A stretch of DNA of 64,000 nt from a virus. Shown one piece after another: positions 38,247 to 49,031 of the stretch. The position numbers were made by a program, and so were the translations under genes. The DNA is taken from positions 29,041 to 93,040 of IMG/VR virus record IMGVR_UViG_3300043395_002359, one strand, 5' to 3'. The first letter of the stretch is position 1. Each line of letters starts with the position of its first letter. The notes beneath the pieces were generated by a model. That model saw only the letters and a program-made list of their open reading frames with translations, was not told the origin of the DNA and made no database searches.

Positions 38247-39836
38247 ATGGCTAAATCAACTATTAGCGATTATACAATTAAGGCCGTAAAAGATTTACCA
38301 TTCTTGTCTGTCTTAGAGAAAGAGGACATAGAGTTCAAAAGAATAGGAAGAGAGGCTGTAACTTTATGCCCATGGCATAACGATAAAAATCCATCGCTTA
38401 CGATTAGCGATGAAAAAGGCTTTTGCTTTTGCTTTGTCTGCCAGGTGGGCAGTGATGCGATTGGCTTTATACAGGCTAAATGTGGCCTAAGTTTTGCTGA
38501 GGCTATAGAAAAAATCGCAATCAACAATGAAGTACAGATCATATATGAAAACATTGACCCTGAGTTGGCTGCAAAAGAAGCGAGACGTAAAGCGGAAATA
38601 CTAAATCAGCTTGAAAGGCAACAGGAGGGATTCAGGGCTTTACTGAAAGATAGGAGAGCCCAGAGAATTAGGGACTTTATAGATAATCGTGGCATATTGC
38701 CAGAGACCTGTCGCCATTTTGGATTGGGTTACAGCAACAATGGATTTTTTGCTGATCGGGTTACCATACCGATTCATGATCATATCGGTAATCTGGTAGG
38801 TTTCAGTGGCAGGGTAACAAATGATACGGTTAAGCCTAAATACAAAAACACTGAAAACAACGAATACTTTGACAAGTCAAGACTTGTATTCAACGAGCAT
38901 CGTGCCGCAAAGTCAATTAGAGAATCCGATTCAATCGTCTTTGTCGAGGGTCACTTTGATGTAATTAGCCTACACCAGGCAGGCATTACAAATGTTGTAG
39001 CCATGCAGGGTACCGGCGCTCCAAGCGAAGCAGTAATCAGCAGGCTATCCAGAAAAACAAAAAGATTTATCTTGTGCTATGACTCCGACGAGGGTGGACA
39101 TAAGGCGATTGAGCAGTTCATCAAGACTGCTGGGCCGATGGCCTGCCGTGGCGAGATAACAATATCGATAGCCCATCTCCCCGCTGGCACTGATCCGGAT
39201 CAATGTATCAGGGAGCATTTGGTCGACTTCTTGTCTGTCATAGAGAATTCCAGCCCATGGCTTGATTGGCAGCTTGATGTATGGCTCGCATCAATCGACA
39301 GAAATGACACTGCTAGATTTTCTGAGATAGAAAAAAGAATACGAAAACTGGTCGAGTCGATACAGAGTCCTGTCTTGAGGCAATATTATATTGATAAAGC
39401 ATCGAAAGCCTTGGCGCTTGATCAGGTCAGCGCGATCCAAATAGCCAAAAACTGGGCTGAGTCACTACCTGTAGTAAAATCTGGTAAGTTGTGGCAAAAA
39501 CCAAGTCCATCTCAGTCCAGAATAACCGTTGAAAGGCGTCTCCTAAGACTTTACGTTCACTTTGAGGAAGTCAGAGATGAGTGTAGGCCGTTAATGGATA
39601 AAATTCAATCGCCGATTTATAGGTGGGCATGGTCAAGAGTGCGGGAGATTGAGATTCATTCCAGTGGTGTCTTACTGAAGGATACGTTGATGGCGGTCCT
39701 CGTTGTTTCTGAGCCGCATTATACAAGGCAGCTCAGACCAATTGTACGTCCAACAATCAATGTCACAAAAAACGTGGCTATAATGGAGCATATAAGGTAC
39801 GTACTCGACCAAGAGCTAACTTTACAGGAGCTATGA
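38247..39836 (+). CDS. dnaG: DnaG-type DNA primase
   Basis: CPWHNDKNPS...CFCFVC zinc finger, GFSGR, PKYKNT, VEGHFDV, YDSDEGG, DPD. Confidence 0.95.
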   Translation: MAKSTISDYTIKAVKDLPFLSVLEKEDIEFKRIGREAVTLCPWHNDKNPSLTISDEKGFCFCFVCQVGSDAIGFIQAKCGLSFAEAIEKIAINNEVQIIYENIDPELAAKEARRKAEILNQLERQQEGFRALLKDRRAQRIRDFIDNRGILPETCRHFGLGYSNNGFFADRVTIPIHDHIGNLVGFSGRVTNDTVKPKYKNTENNEYFDKSRLVFNEHRAAKSIRESDSIVFVEGHFDVISLHQAGITNVVAMQGTGAPSEAVISRLSRKTKRFILCYDSDEGGHKAIEQFIKTAGPMACRGEITISIAHLPAGTDPDQCIREHLVDFLSVIENSSPWLDWQLDVWLASIDRNDTARFSEIEKRIRKLVESIQSPVLRQYYIDKASKALALDQVSAIQIAKNWAESLPVVKSGKLWQKPSPSQSRITVERRLLRLYVHFEEVRDECRPLMDKIQSPIYRWAWSRVREIEIHSSGVLLKDTLMAVLVVSEPHYTRQLRPIVRPTINVTKNVAIMEHIRYVLDQELTLQEL

Positions 39837-40063
39837 GCATGCCAAAGTCAAAGTACATTGTTTACACTAAAGATGGCTGCCCTTATTGCAATCAAGCCAA
39901 AGGATTGCTTGAGTACTACAAGGTCGAGTATGAACTGCTTTACGAAAAATCTCCTGACTGGGAATCCTATCCCTGTATATACAAGGTCGACCAGCAAGGT
40001 GAAATGCAGTTAATCGGGGGGTTCTCCGAGCTGGCGACTTATTCGTACCTACATGGATTATAA
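39833..40063 (+). CDS. Glutaredoxin
   Basis: YTKDGCPYC...IGGFSEL. Confidence 0.85.
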   Translation: MSMPKSKYIVYTKDGCPYCNQAKGLLEYYKVEYELLYEKSPDWESYPCIYKVDQQGEMQLIGGFSELATYSYLHGL

Positions 40064-40307
40064 AGCTATGTTACAGGTTTATCCCTATCTGCTGGTAGTT
40101 ATCGCGTTTATCGTTCTTTTCCCAATCGACGCAAGTAATGGCGTGACGCTTGCTTGGCTATGGCTTCTAACCAGGGCTCTTAATTACTATTTAATGTTTA
40201 GAGCCTACCTAATGTACCTCCGTTTGCGGTCAGACTTCGCTAAATTAGGTATGCCGATGCCGGCGTTCAAATTCATCCCCATTTGGGAGAGAGATGGCAG
40301 CTACTAA
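40053..40307 (+). CDS. Membrane protein
   Basis: Two hydrophobic segments. Confidence 0.6.
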   Translation: MDYKAMLQVYPYLLVVIAFIVLFPIDASNGVTLAWLWLLTRALNYYLMFRAYLMYLRLRSDFAKLGMPMPAFKFIPIWERDGSY

Positions 40308-40440
40308 AAAGCTTAATAAAAAAACACTGACAGGCAGCCTGGGTCCCATTGAGCAAGTCGGGAAAAAGACGACGCAAGGAAACGGCTTAAGATCCCGTCC
40401 CAAGAAAGGAAAGAAGAAGTATCGAGGTCAAGGCAAGTAG
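40294..40440 (+). CDS. Small basic protein ending KKYRGQGK (not in ORF track)
   Basis: MAATKKLNKKTLTGSLGPIEQVGKKTTQGNGLRSRPKKGKKKYRGQGK; GGAG SD. Confidence 0.75.
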   Translation: MAATKKLNKKTLTGSLGPIEQVGKKTTQGNGLRSRPKKGKKKYRGQGK

Positions 40441-40442
40441 CG

Positions 40443-40781
40443 GTGGCAAACTCCCCGGCCTCTGAGTCAATAATAGGGGCCATTGCCGTCCGAATGCTCG
40501 TCTCGCAATGCAAGCAAATCGAAGCAGCCAAGTATTTGTATGCATTGCGAAGAGTAAGCATGAACGAATGGCTCTGCACCTCTACGTCCCTTCTGAGGAT
40601 GGCCTATTCGTCCAAGGAATTAAGCACTTACGCCGCTTTGATAGAAATATCAAAAGGATCATTGCTTGATGAAAAGGCTCACATGATTCCTGGCCTTTCT
40701 GCAGGAATTAGTGGTCACAAATTCGACTACGAAACATGCCTTGAATTGGTTATCAAGACCAGATCAGACTGCCTGTTTTAG
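40443..40781 (+). CDS. Hypothetical protein
   Basis: 112 aa ORF filling the gap. Confidence 0.55.
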   Translation: MANSPASESIIGAIAVRMLVSQCKQIEAAKYLYALRRVSMNEWLCTSTSLLRMAYSSKELSTYAALIEISKGSLLDEKAHMIPGLSAGISGHKFDYETCLELVIKTRSDCLF

Positions 40782-40811
40782 TGGTAATCTATCCTTGCAT
40801 CTCTTAGAAAA

Positions 40812-43151
40812 ATGGCAGAATTTAGCGCGTTCGCTCCCTCGGCTCCGGCAGTCTTTTATCGTTCATATTCTCGGCGCAAGGAGGATGGCTCTCGCGAGAA
40901 TTTCGAAGAAGCTATCACCAGAACAATCTCAGCCATTGCTGAGATTGGTGAATTTACCCCGTCTCAGCGGCAAATGGCACTCGAGATGGGCCTTAAGCAG
41001 CATTGTTTCCCGAGTGGCAGAGCTCTTTGGGTAGCTGGAACTAAATGGGCAGAAAGGCCCGATAATTTCCCTGGTTATTACAACTGCTGCTCCATGCATG
41101 TTGACCATGTGTCCATTTTTGGATTGCTAATGGAATTAGCAATGATGGGAACCGGCACCGGCGCCGTGCTGGAAAGTGATGTGGTTGATAAGCTTCCTGC
41201 TGTTGTAAGAAGGCTTGATATAGAGGTCATCAAGCACAACGAAAGTGAGGCAGGCGGCCAGCAAGATACAGTCATCAAACTAACTGGTGTGCAAGATAAC
41301 AAGCCCGTAATCCTTGTATCCGTTGGTGATTCCAGGGAAGGCTGGGCTAGCGCCTATCAAGGCATTATCGAGCTAGCAATGGGCCGAGAAGCTGACGGGG
41401 AAGATGAGGATCTAGCTAAGCAAGATGCTACGATTATTCTCGATCTTAGCCAGATTAGACAGGCCGGGCAGCCCCTTAAGGGGTTTGGTGGCACCGCCAA
41501 TCCTATTCGACTACAGGAAACCTTTGAGCGGGCGTGTCTTGTTCTGTCTAAAGCGAAGGGCAGAAAGCTTACATCAGTTGAATGCTGCTTGCTGATTGAT
41601 GAAGCTGCCAGCGCAGTCGTGGCCGGCAACATCCGTCGTAGCGCCGGCATGCGCCAGTTCAGTTCTTATGACCTGGAAGCTGTTTGCGTAAAAGATAACC
41701 TGTATACTCAAGACGAAGAGGGTAACTGGAGTGTCGATCCGGAAAAGGAATGTCTCAGGATGGCAAATCACACAAGGTGTTTCCATCACAAGCCTACGCT
41801 TGAGGAAGTCAAGCATTCAGTCACTAAGCAATTCTGGTCTGGCGAGGGAGCTATCCAATACGTGCCAGAGATGATAGCTAGAGCGAACGCTGATATCCTT
41901 GACACCCCAGAACTTGTCAAGAAGTTCCTTGATGTATATACGAATCAAGGCAGAGTAGACGCGTGCAGCCTTCTGGCTAAAATAGCCAAGACAAACGGAC
42001 AAGAGCTTGACGAAAAAGAGCTTGACCATAGAATGAACAGGTACGGTCTTAACCCCTGTGGAGAAATTGCTCTGAAAGATAATCTTTGCAATCTATCTGA
42101 GATACATCTCAATACAATTGACCCTAAGGACGTTAAATTACAGGATAAGGCTTTTTATGTTGGAGGTCTTCAGGTTGCTGCTCTTTTGCAGCATGAATTC
42201 ACCCAAGAAAGGCTTAACTATAGCCGTAAAATTGACCCTATTGTTGGTGTTAGCTTTACTGGTTTATTTGATTTCTTTGTTCACGCCTTTGGTGCTGAAT
42301 GGCTTGGTTGGATGATGGATGGCTGTGGCGATGAAAAGCTAATGGCGAAATATTATTCGGCTGAAAAGAGATTCCTGTCTCGCTGGAAGAATGCTGCTAA
42401 AAAAGGCGTAACTGATTACTGTAAGCAGCATGGCCTGCGGATTCCCAACAGATTCACCACAGTTCAGCCTGCTGGATCAAAAAGTCTGCTTACCGGTGCT
42501 TCCGCTGGATGGCATCCGCCAAAAGCACAGCGTTTTATTAGAAGAATTACATTTGGTGTAAATGATCCGCTTGTCAGCGCCCTTCGCGACCATGGCTACA
42601 GCGTCATTCCTGCTCAAAGTGCCAGGGATGAAAACGGCAACTTGCTTGATGACATTTCAGATCCGAGAGTCCAGGAAGTTCTGGTCGAAATACCCACCGA
42701 AGTCTCTTGGGCTAATATTCCTGGATGTGATCAGTATGATCTGAGCAAGTTACCTGTTGTCTCCCAGTGGAGGCTGTATATGATGGTGCAGAATATTTAC
42801 ACCACGCATAATACGAGTGCTACTCTTGAATTTCGTGAAAACGAAATAGATGATCTCAGCTCGCTTATTCATTCGAATATCGAGAAGGATGGCGGCTACA
42901 TCTCTGCAGCCTTGCTTGCGCGTTTCGACGCAAACGAAACGTTCCCAAGACTTCCTTTTGAGCCTATCAGTAAGGAAACGTTTGAGCGGAGAATGGCTGT
43001 TGTAAATGCTGTTAGATCAACTCTGCCGGAAGAGACATCGATGCTTGACTTATTAGCCAAGTATGATAATGCTGATTATGAATTGAAAGGAGCGGCCGGT
43101 TGTGATTCTGACAAATGCCTTTCTGAGGACAGCAAAGTATTGAAAAAATAA
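40812..43151 (+). CDS. nrdJ: Class II (B12-dependent) ribonucleotide reductase
   Basis: PSGRALW, YNC, NIRRSA, NPCGEI, CNLSEI, TTVQPAGS, C-terminal CDSDKC. Confidence 0.95.
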   Translation: MAEFSAFAPSAPAVFYRSYSRRKEDGSRENFEEAITRTISAIAEIGEFTPSQRQMALEMGLKQHCFPSGRALWVAGTKWAERPDNFPGYYNCCSMHVDHVSIFGLLMELAMMGTGTGAVLESDVVDKLPAVVRRLDIEVIKHNESEAGGQQDTVIKLTGVQDNKPVILVSVGDSREGWASAYQGIIELAMGREADGEDEDLAKQDATIILDLSQIRQAGQPLKGFGGTANPIRLQETFERACLVLSKAKGRKLTSVECCLLIDEAASAVVAGNIRRSAGMRQFSSYDLEAVCVKDNLYTQDEEGNWSVDPEKECLRMANHTRCFHHKPTLEEVKHSVTKQFWSGEGAIQYVPEMIARANADILDTPELVKKFLDVYTNQGRVDACSLLAKIAKTNGQELDEKELDHRMNRYGLNPCGEIALKDNLCNLSEIHLNTIDPKDVKLQDKAFYVGGLQVAALLQHEFTQERLNYSRKIDPIVGVSFTGLFDFFVHAFGAEWLGWMMDGCGDEKLMAKYYSAEKRFLSRWKNAAKKGVTDYCKQHGLRIPNRFTTVQPAGSKSLLTGASAGWHPPKAQRFIRRITFGVNDPLVSALRDHGYSVIPAQSARDENGNLLDDISDPRVQEVLVEIPTEVSWANIPGCDQYDLSKLPVVSQWRLYMMVQNIYTTHNTSATLEFRENEIDDLSSLIHSNIEKDGGYISAALLARFDANETFPRLPFEPISKETFERRMAVVNAVRSTLPEETSMLDLLAKYDNADYELKGAAGCDSDKCLSEDSKVLKK

Positions 43152-43182
43152 TCGTATAATGTAACCACGCTTCCTCCTTGCC

Positions 43183-43416
43183 TTGAAAGGGAAATCACAC
43201 GACCACTACGGCCCGAGAGTCCAGGCAGCCCTGTTATCTTTTCAGGATGCCTGGGTGGGCTATAGTAAATCAACTGACTTCAACTTTAAACATTTTAATT
43301 ATCATAGGCTTGATGCCTTGCAAGAGAAATGGGATGAGCTTGTCAAGGCAAGAAAGGCGGAAACAGGCAACGGCGGCTACCTATCAAAAGAGCATTACAC
43401 AAAATTGCGGCGCTAG
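43183..43416 (+). CDS. Hypothetical protein
   Basis: 77 aa; TATAAT upstream. Confidence 0.55.
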   Translation: MKGKSHDHYGPRVQAALLSFQDAWVGYSKSTDFNFKHFNYHRLDALQEKWDELVKARKAETGNGGYLSKEHYTKLRR

Positions 43417-43418
43417 TC

Positions 43419-43940
43419 ATGGCTACTTTAGTTGATTTTCAAATCGAAGAACTTTCTATCAACAATCAACTCATATCTCCTTATGAGCCTTCTCAACTAA
43501 ATCCTGCATCTTATGACGTAAGGTTGGGTGAGAACTTTTATATCGAGATGCCCGATGGCGCTTGGCAGAAAAGAACGGCGCCTTATTTAATAGCACCTGG
43601 TGAATTCGTTCTCGCGGAAATAAGGGAGACGCTGAAGTTACCCGCCGACATTGAAGCGCAGTTTCAGCTTAAGTCTTCAAGAGGCAGGGAAGGTTATGAA
43701 CATGTAATGAGTGGATATATTGATCCAGGGTACAATGGCATAATAACACTTGAACTGGTCAATGTCTGTCGGTACAAGGCGCTACCATTGATGCCAGACA
43801 TCCTAATAGGTCAAATCCGTTTCATGAAAACGGATGCTCCTTGCCGGTCTCCATATTGGGATGGTGGTCATTATCAAGGAGATACCGGTGTAACTCCTTC
43901 TAGGGTCGATCTTTACGGGCAATCGACAGGAAATAGTTAG
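43419..43940 (+). CDS. dcd: dCTP deaminase (trimeric dUTPase superfamily)
   Basis: QLNPASYDVRLG, KSSRGREG, GYIDPGYNGIITLEL, YQG. Confidence 0.9.
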   Translation: MATLVDFQIEELSINNQLISPYEPSQLNPASYDVRLGENFYIEMPDGAWQKRTAPYLIAPGEFVLAEIRETLKLPADIEAQFQLKSSRGREGYEHVMSGYIDPGYNGIITLELVNVCRYKALPLMPDILIGQIRFMKTDAPCRSPYWDGGHYQGDTGVTPSRVDLYGQSTGNS

Positions 43941-43948
43941 TATTCCTG

Positions 43949-43958
43949 GGAATCCTAA
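43949..43958 (+). promoter_or_regulatory. Putative late promoter of portal (GGAATCCTAA)
   Basis: Motif followed by two GNGAY hairpins. Confidence 0.65.
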
Positions 43959-44005
43959 GAAGGCCATAGGCGTGACGCCGGCAAAGTCCTTAGGCGCGAT
44001 GCCCC

Positions 44006-45523
44006 ATGCAAGTTGTACATCCGACAAATAATCCTGCTCTGGTCAGTTATCACCGGCCAGAGCTTATCAATCTTCTACCAAGCCTCGAGCTTGCTTTAGA
44101 TTGCTGGAATTTATTGGATACGGTTTACCGTGGGTCTGCAAAGGCCAAGTATCTGCCAAGAGAGCAGGCTGAACCGAAATCTGCCTATCAGGCGAGACTG
44201 GATAGATCTACTTATACCCCAATCTACAGGGATTCGATAAAGGCTTACGCTGGACTGCTTGGTAGATTTCAGCTAGCTGATGCTCCACCCAGCATGAATA
44301 CATGGGAGTGGGACATTGATCTCCAGGGATCGAATATCCAAAGCTTCTGGGGTCGTTGTGACGAGCTTGCCATTAGAGATGGTGGCGTCTTTGTCATGGT
44401 TGACATGATGCCGGTAAGCACTGACAACGGCAATAATTTTCTTGACCAGCAAAGAGATGGCAGACATCCTTATCTGGTAATGGTGGAGAGAAAGGACGTA
44501 GTTAACTGGACAGTCGAATACAAAGGAGGACGAGAGTATATCCATCATGCTACGATAAGACAAATAAAGCAAGTTCCTGACGATTCTGGATTTGGAGTAA
44601 AACTTGAACCAGTCTATTATGTTTTAAAGCCAAACCTAGTCGAGGAATACAGACTAGAGAAGAAAGGCACAAAGTGGTATCAAATACTCGTCCAGCAGTA
44701 TGCGACAACGCTTCCCGTAGTACCTCTTGTTTGGTATGGGGCTTCTACCAGCAAGTTTGCTCAAGGCGAAATTCCCCTGAATGGACTAGCTGAGCTAAGT
44801 ATTCAGCATTACCAAAGCCGATCTGATTTAACCGAACTGCTGCACAAGTGTGCCATGCCAGTTCCGGTCAGGAAAGGCGCCCCCACTGGAGCCGATGGCC
44901 GACCCGCGCCATTGGTGATTGGACCCAATACTGCCGTTGATCTTCCTGGCGAGGGCGGTGAATTTACTTTCGCCGAGCCAACAGGCAGAAGCCTCGAGCG
45001 ACACCAGGCTGAAGTGACGCACATTGAGCAGTTAATGGATCGCTCTGGACTTAACTTTTTGTATGGAGCGAATATAAAGACTGCAACAGAGGCTTCTCTG
45101 AGGGCCTCTCAAATTGCGTCCCAAGTGTCGGCCCTGGTTCGTAATAAGACCAGTGCCTTTGGTACAGTCATGCGGCTGTGGGCCGCTTACGCTGGCGAGC
45201 TTGGCAGCATCAAACCAGAGTCTGGTATTGTGATCAATGATAGTCTCATCAATAGACCAATTGATCCCAGTGGCATAGCCCAGCTTGTTAATCTGCGGAA
45301 TGCAAAGATACTGAGCACGGAAACTGTGCTGTCGGAACTTCAGAGAGGTGGAGTCCTGGATCCAGACCTTAAGATCGTTGACGAAATTTCAAGAATTGAC
45401 AAAGAAACGGCTGCCTTAGAAGCAGCAGCTCCGGCAACTGATACGAAGCCAGTGGCCGGCATGCCGAATCAGTCAGGCAAAGTAACCGTACAGCCAACCG
45501 TTAACCCTTTAGGAAAACAATGA
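44006..45523 (+). CDS. Portal protein (DUF4055-like)
   Basis: 505 aa; YLPRE..E...AY..RL, IDLQG, HPYLV, HYQSRSD...LHKCAMP, KTATE. Confidence 0.85.
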   Translation: MQVVHPTNNPALVSYHRPELINLLPSLELALDCWNLLDTVYRGSAKAKYLPREQAEPKSAYQARLDRSTYTPIYRDSIKAYAGLLGRFQLADAPPSMNTWEWDIDLQGSNIQSFWGRCDELAIRDGGVFVMVDMMPVSTDNGNNFLDQQRDGRHPYLVMVERKDVVNWTVEYKGGREYIHHATIRQIKQVPDDSGFGVKLEPVYYVLKPNLVEEYRLEKKGTKWYQILVQQYATTLPVVPLVWYGASTSKFAQGEIPLNGLAELSIQHYQSRSDLTELLHKCAMPVPVRKGAPTGADGRPAPLVIGPNTAVDLPGEGGEFTFAEPTGRSLERHQAEVTHIEQLMDRSGLNFLYGANIKTATEASLRASQIASQVSALVRNKTSAFGTVMRLWAAYAGELGSIKPESGIVINDSLINRPIDPSGIAQLVNLRNAKILSTETVLSELQRGGVLDPDLKIVDEISRIDKETAALEAAAPATDTKPVAGMPNQSGKVTVQPTVNPLGKQ

Positions 45524-45578
45524 GGTGAATAGTTTTTACCAAAACGTTTCCCTATACTGGCTGAAAGGAAAGCAAACC

Positions 45579-45785
45579 ATGATTATCGCAAGAATTCACT
45601 TCAAACCTGAGTTCGCTCATCGCTTTATCGACTCAAAGGATGGCAGTCAGTCGATCATCGAGCAGATTTTCAGCTCCCCGGAGGAACTGATAGAAACTAT
45701 TAAGGAATTCGAGCCATACATAGTCGATTGTACCACCGTTATAAACGGTAGAATGCTATCGCTTAGCTGCTTCAAGTCTGCATGA
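45579..45785 (+). CDS. Hypothetical protein
   Basis: ATG after AAGGA; TATACT upstream. Confidence 0.6.
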   Translation: MIIARIHFKPEFAHRFIDSKDGSQSIIEQIFSSPEELIETIKEFEPYIVDCTTVINGRMLSLSCFKSA

Positions 45786-46135
45786 CCCATCCGCTTCCGT
45801 GCGGCAAGTGGTTAAAGTCGCCAGGCGGCAATTTTGCTTACAGGGTGCTAGGACCCTGTTGTCGCCTGTTTGATCGCGAGGAGTTGCCCTGGCCCTGCTG
45901 CCGGTTGGCCTGGCGCAGCAAGGAGCCAAGCTGGAACAGGGTTGGTAAAAGATTCGTGCCAGACATTGCGGCTTCTCGCTGCCCTAGTTACGCTGTCGAA
46001 GCAGTTGACCAATGGGGAAATTCATGGACGCAAATCCTGACTTTGTATTCAACGCGACTGATGGCGCCAGAGAGACATTGGTGGATAACCAAAAAGCCAG
46101 TGAACAAGGAATATCCAAGGCTAGACGCGGACTAG
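45782..46135 (+). CDS. Hypothetical protein
   Basis: ATGA overlap; Cys/Trp-rich. Confidence 0.65.
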   Translation: MTHPLPCGKWLKSPGGNFAYRVLGPCCRLFDREELPWPCCRLAWRSKEPSWNRVGKRFVPDIAASRCPSYAVEAVDQWGNSWTQILTLYSTRLMAPERHWWITKKPVNKEYPRLDAD

Positions 46136-46272
46136 ACTGGACCGGAATCCTTGCTAGAAATGGGCTTGAGACACCTGGCTACCACGAAGTCATAGCGCAA
46201 ATGAAGAAAGAAAACAGAATTAAAAACCAGTAAGATCGATAGAATGTATGTGACCAGTTTTAGCTTACGGCA

Positions 46273-46485
46273 ATGGCCACCCCGATGGAAGATCGGTATT
46301 ATCGGTTCAAGCGGGCTTCCGAAATAATTACGAGCATTCTGCATGCACCACCGGCGTCAATGCTTAAGAAAGCGGATGATGCCGGGTGTTTGTTCGAATT
46401 TGAATTCTTGTGCGAAGAAGTTCGCCAATGGCTGGATGATGATACTTATTATGATGACCTCGCCTGGAACATGGAGGCCGGTTAA
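46273..46485 (+). CDS. Hypothetical protein
   Basis: 70 aa, coupled to the next gene. Confidence 0.6.
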   Translation: MATPMEDRYYRFKRASEIITSILHAPPASMLKKADDAGCLFEFEFLCEEVRQWLDDDTYYDDLAWNMEAG

Positions 46486-46688
46486 TGTATAGGCCATATT
46501 CGGCAGAGTGGCACCGAAGGCGTTATCTAAAAGAAGCAATAGATAAATACTTCGATGATTGTGCTGATAATAATATCATTATGAATGATATTATGGGCAT
46601 ACTTAACGATAGAGTGCAGGCAGCAACTTCCAGCCTAAATAAGTCTGGCGAGCTCATAGCCTTATTCGAGGATTACTTTCCAAGGTAA
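46485..46688 (+). CDS. Hypothetical protein
   Basis: GGAGG SD and TAATG overlap. Confidence 0.65.
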   Translation: MYRPYSAEWHRRRYLKEAIDKYFDDCADNNIIMNDIMGILNDRVQAATSSLNKSGELIALFEDYFPR

Positions 46689-46702
46689 ACTGAGGCACAA
46701 CG

Positions 46703-47023
46703 ATGCTATCAACTCAATATCGAATTCGCCTAGAAGAAATCTGCAGGAAAATCATCTTAAATGAGCAGGTATCGCTTGACGAAATGATATGGGCCGAAAA
46801 GCTTGCAAAAGCCAATCGCTCTGCAGCAACCATGATGCGGCAAGCGAGGAGAACAGCCGAAAACCCCAACATGCCTGATGATGGCATGGATGATTTCTTG
46901 AATAGGCTTGACATCGGCGGCCTCGGCCATGAAAGGCTGGGGCGTCGAGGGTTTTCCAGTCCAGACGACATGGCTGAATGGTTCCAGCGAAACGAATCGG
47001 ACAACTGGCGTCAGCGCGATTAG
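46703..47023 (+). CDS. Hypothetical protein
   Basis: 106 aa protein-like ORF. Confidence 0.7.
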   Translation: MLSTQYRIRLEEICRKIILNEQVSLDEMIWAEKLAKANRSAATMMRQARRTAENPNMPDDGMDDFLNRLDIGGLGHERLGRRGFSSPDDMAEWFQRNESDNWRQRD

Positions 47024-47093
47024 CACATGACTGCACATATGTCAAGCATGTGAAGAAATAGAAATATGTGCTTGCCGTAACGGCGCCATGTAG

Positions 47094-47946
<853 letters not shown>

Positions 47947-48617
47947 GCAAGAAAAGAAGTACTACTCTGACTATTCTTTCTGCTGCTCGGTGAGTTTTAA
48001 TAACGGATTGGGGGTAAGCATATTATCCCCTTCTTTTTTGCTTGAAATATCTTTTTTGCCTCTGTACAGCTCGACCTATTACTATTATCAGAATGAGGTT
48101 TGACAATGAAGCCGTCTAAATCCTATCCTAAAAGTCTGCATAAATATAACATATACTACACAAATGATACCTGTAAAATATTATTTGCATGTGGAGCTAC
48201 AAATGCAGCTTACATATCAAGCTCAGAATGGCCATATCTGGAAATCTCTAAAATAGAGATGCTTGATGATTCGTGGAAGAACTGAACAGTATTCTTTATG
48301 CGTTTGACGTTTCCCTGATCGCTGCGATTATCCTGGTGTTGACCTACGAATTGGACAAGTATAAATGAGCCAGCTAGTATCTCTTTGTTGTGTATTAACG
48401 CCAACATTGATTGGTCTTTCGATCGGCTATTTGTGCGTCAAGTCGATCAGGACTCAATTAAAAAAACTTAATGATCACAATGCCTTATAGCTGCTTTGGT
48501 AGCCTATCCCCGATGTCGTGCTAGCATGGTGTCTAACCAGCTAATTTCAAATTAGTTCTTGCCTAAAAACAGGGCCTGGCTACTGGGTGGCAGTAGTGTT
48601 GAGTTCAGTTCTGACTA

Positions 48618-48989
48618 TTGCTTAAATCCATTCTTTTTGCTACCGCAATTGCCGCATCTGGAATCCATTCCACTTCGGCGATTGCGGCTTCTAATTATCA
48701 ATGCACTATTGCCTCTCACTACGGCGTGGGAGATGGCTATCACGGTAAAACTACAGCCAGCGGAGAGCGTTTCAATGCCTATGGACTTACTGCAGCTCAC
48801 AGATGGAAGTCATTTGGCACTAAACTGCTCGTCATGAACCCCAGCAATGGTAAATCTGTAATTGTCAGGGTAAATGATCGAGGCCCCTTTCATCCTGGTC
48901 GCGACATTGACTTGAGCTATGGAGCTTTCAGCCAACTAACCAGCGCGGGCGCTGGCGTAACAAAAGTTTGCTTTATGCCAGTGGCATGA
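48618..48989 (+). CDS. RlpA-like double-psi beta-barrel protein (secreted)
   Basis: Signal peptide; ASHYG...TASGERFN...TAAHR...VRVNDRGPF...IDLS. Confidence 0.9.
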   Translation: MLKSILFATAIAASGIHSTSAIAASNYQCTIASHYGVGDGYHGKTTASGERFNAYGLTAAHRWKSFGTKLLVMNPSNGKSVIVRVNDRGPFHPGRDIDLSYGAFSQLTSAGAGVTKVCFMPVA

Positions 48990-49031
48990 TCCACGGCTAT
49001 CGCTAGGCTGGGGGCAACGCCCCCTTTTTTA

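Noticed and set aside
36054-43151. Inteins or introns in terL, dnaG or nrdJ
   Set aside because: Lengths are normal and motifs contiguous; no splice-junction signatures seen
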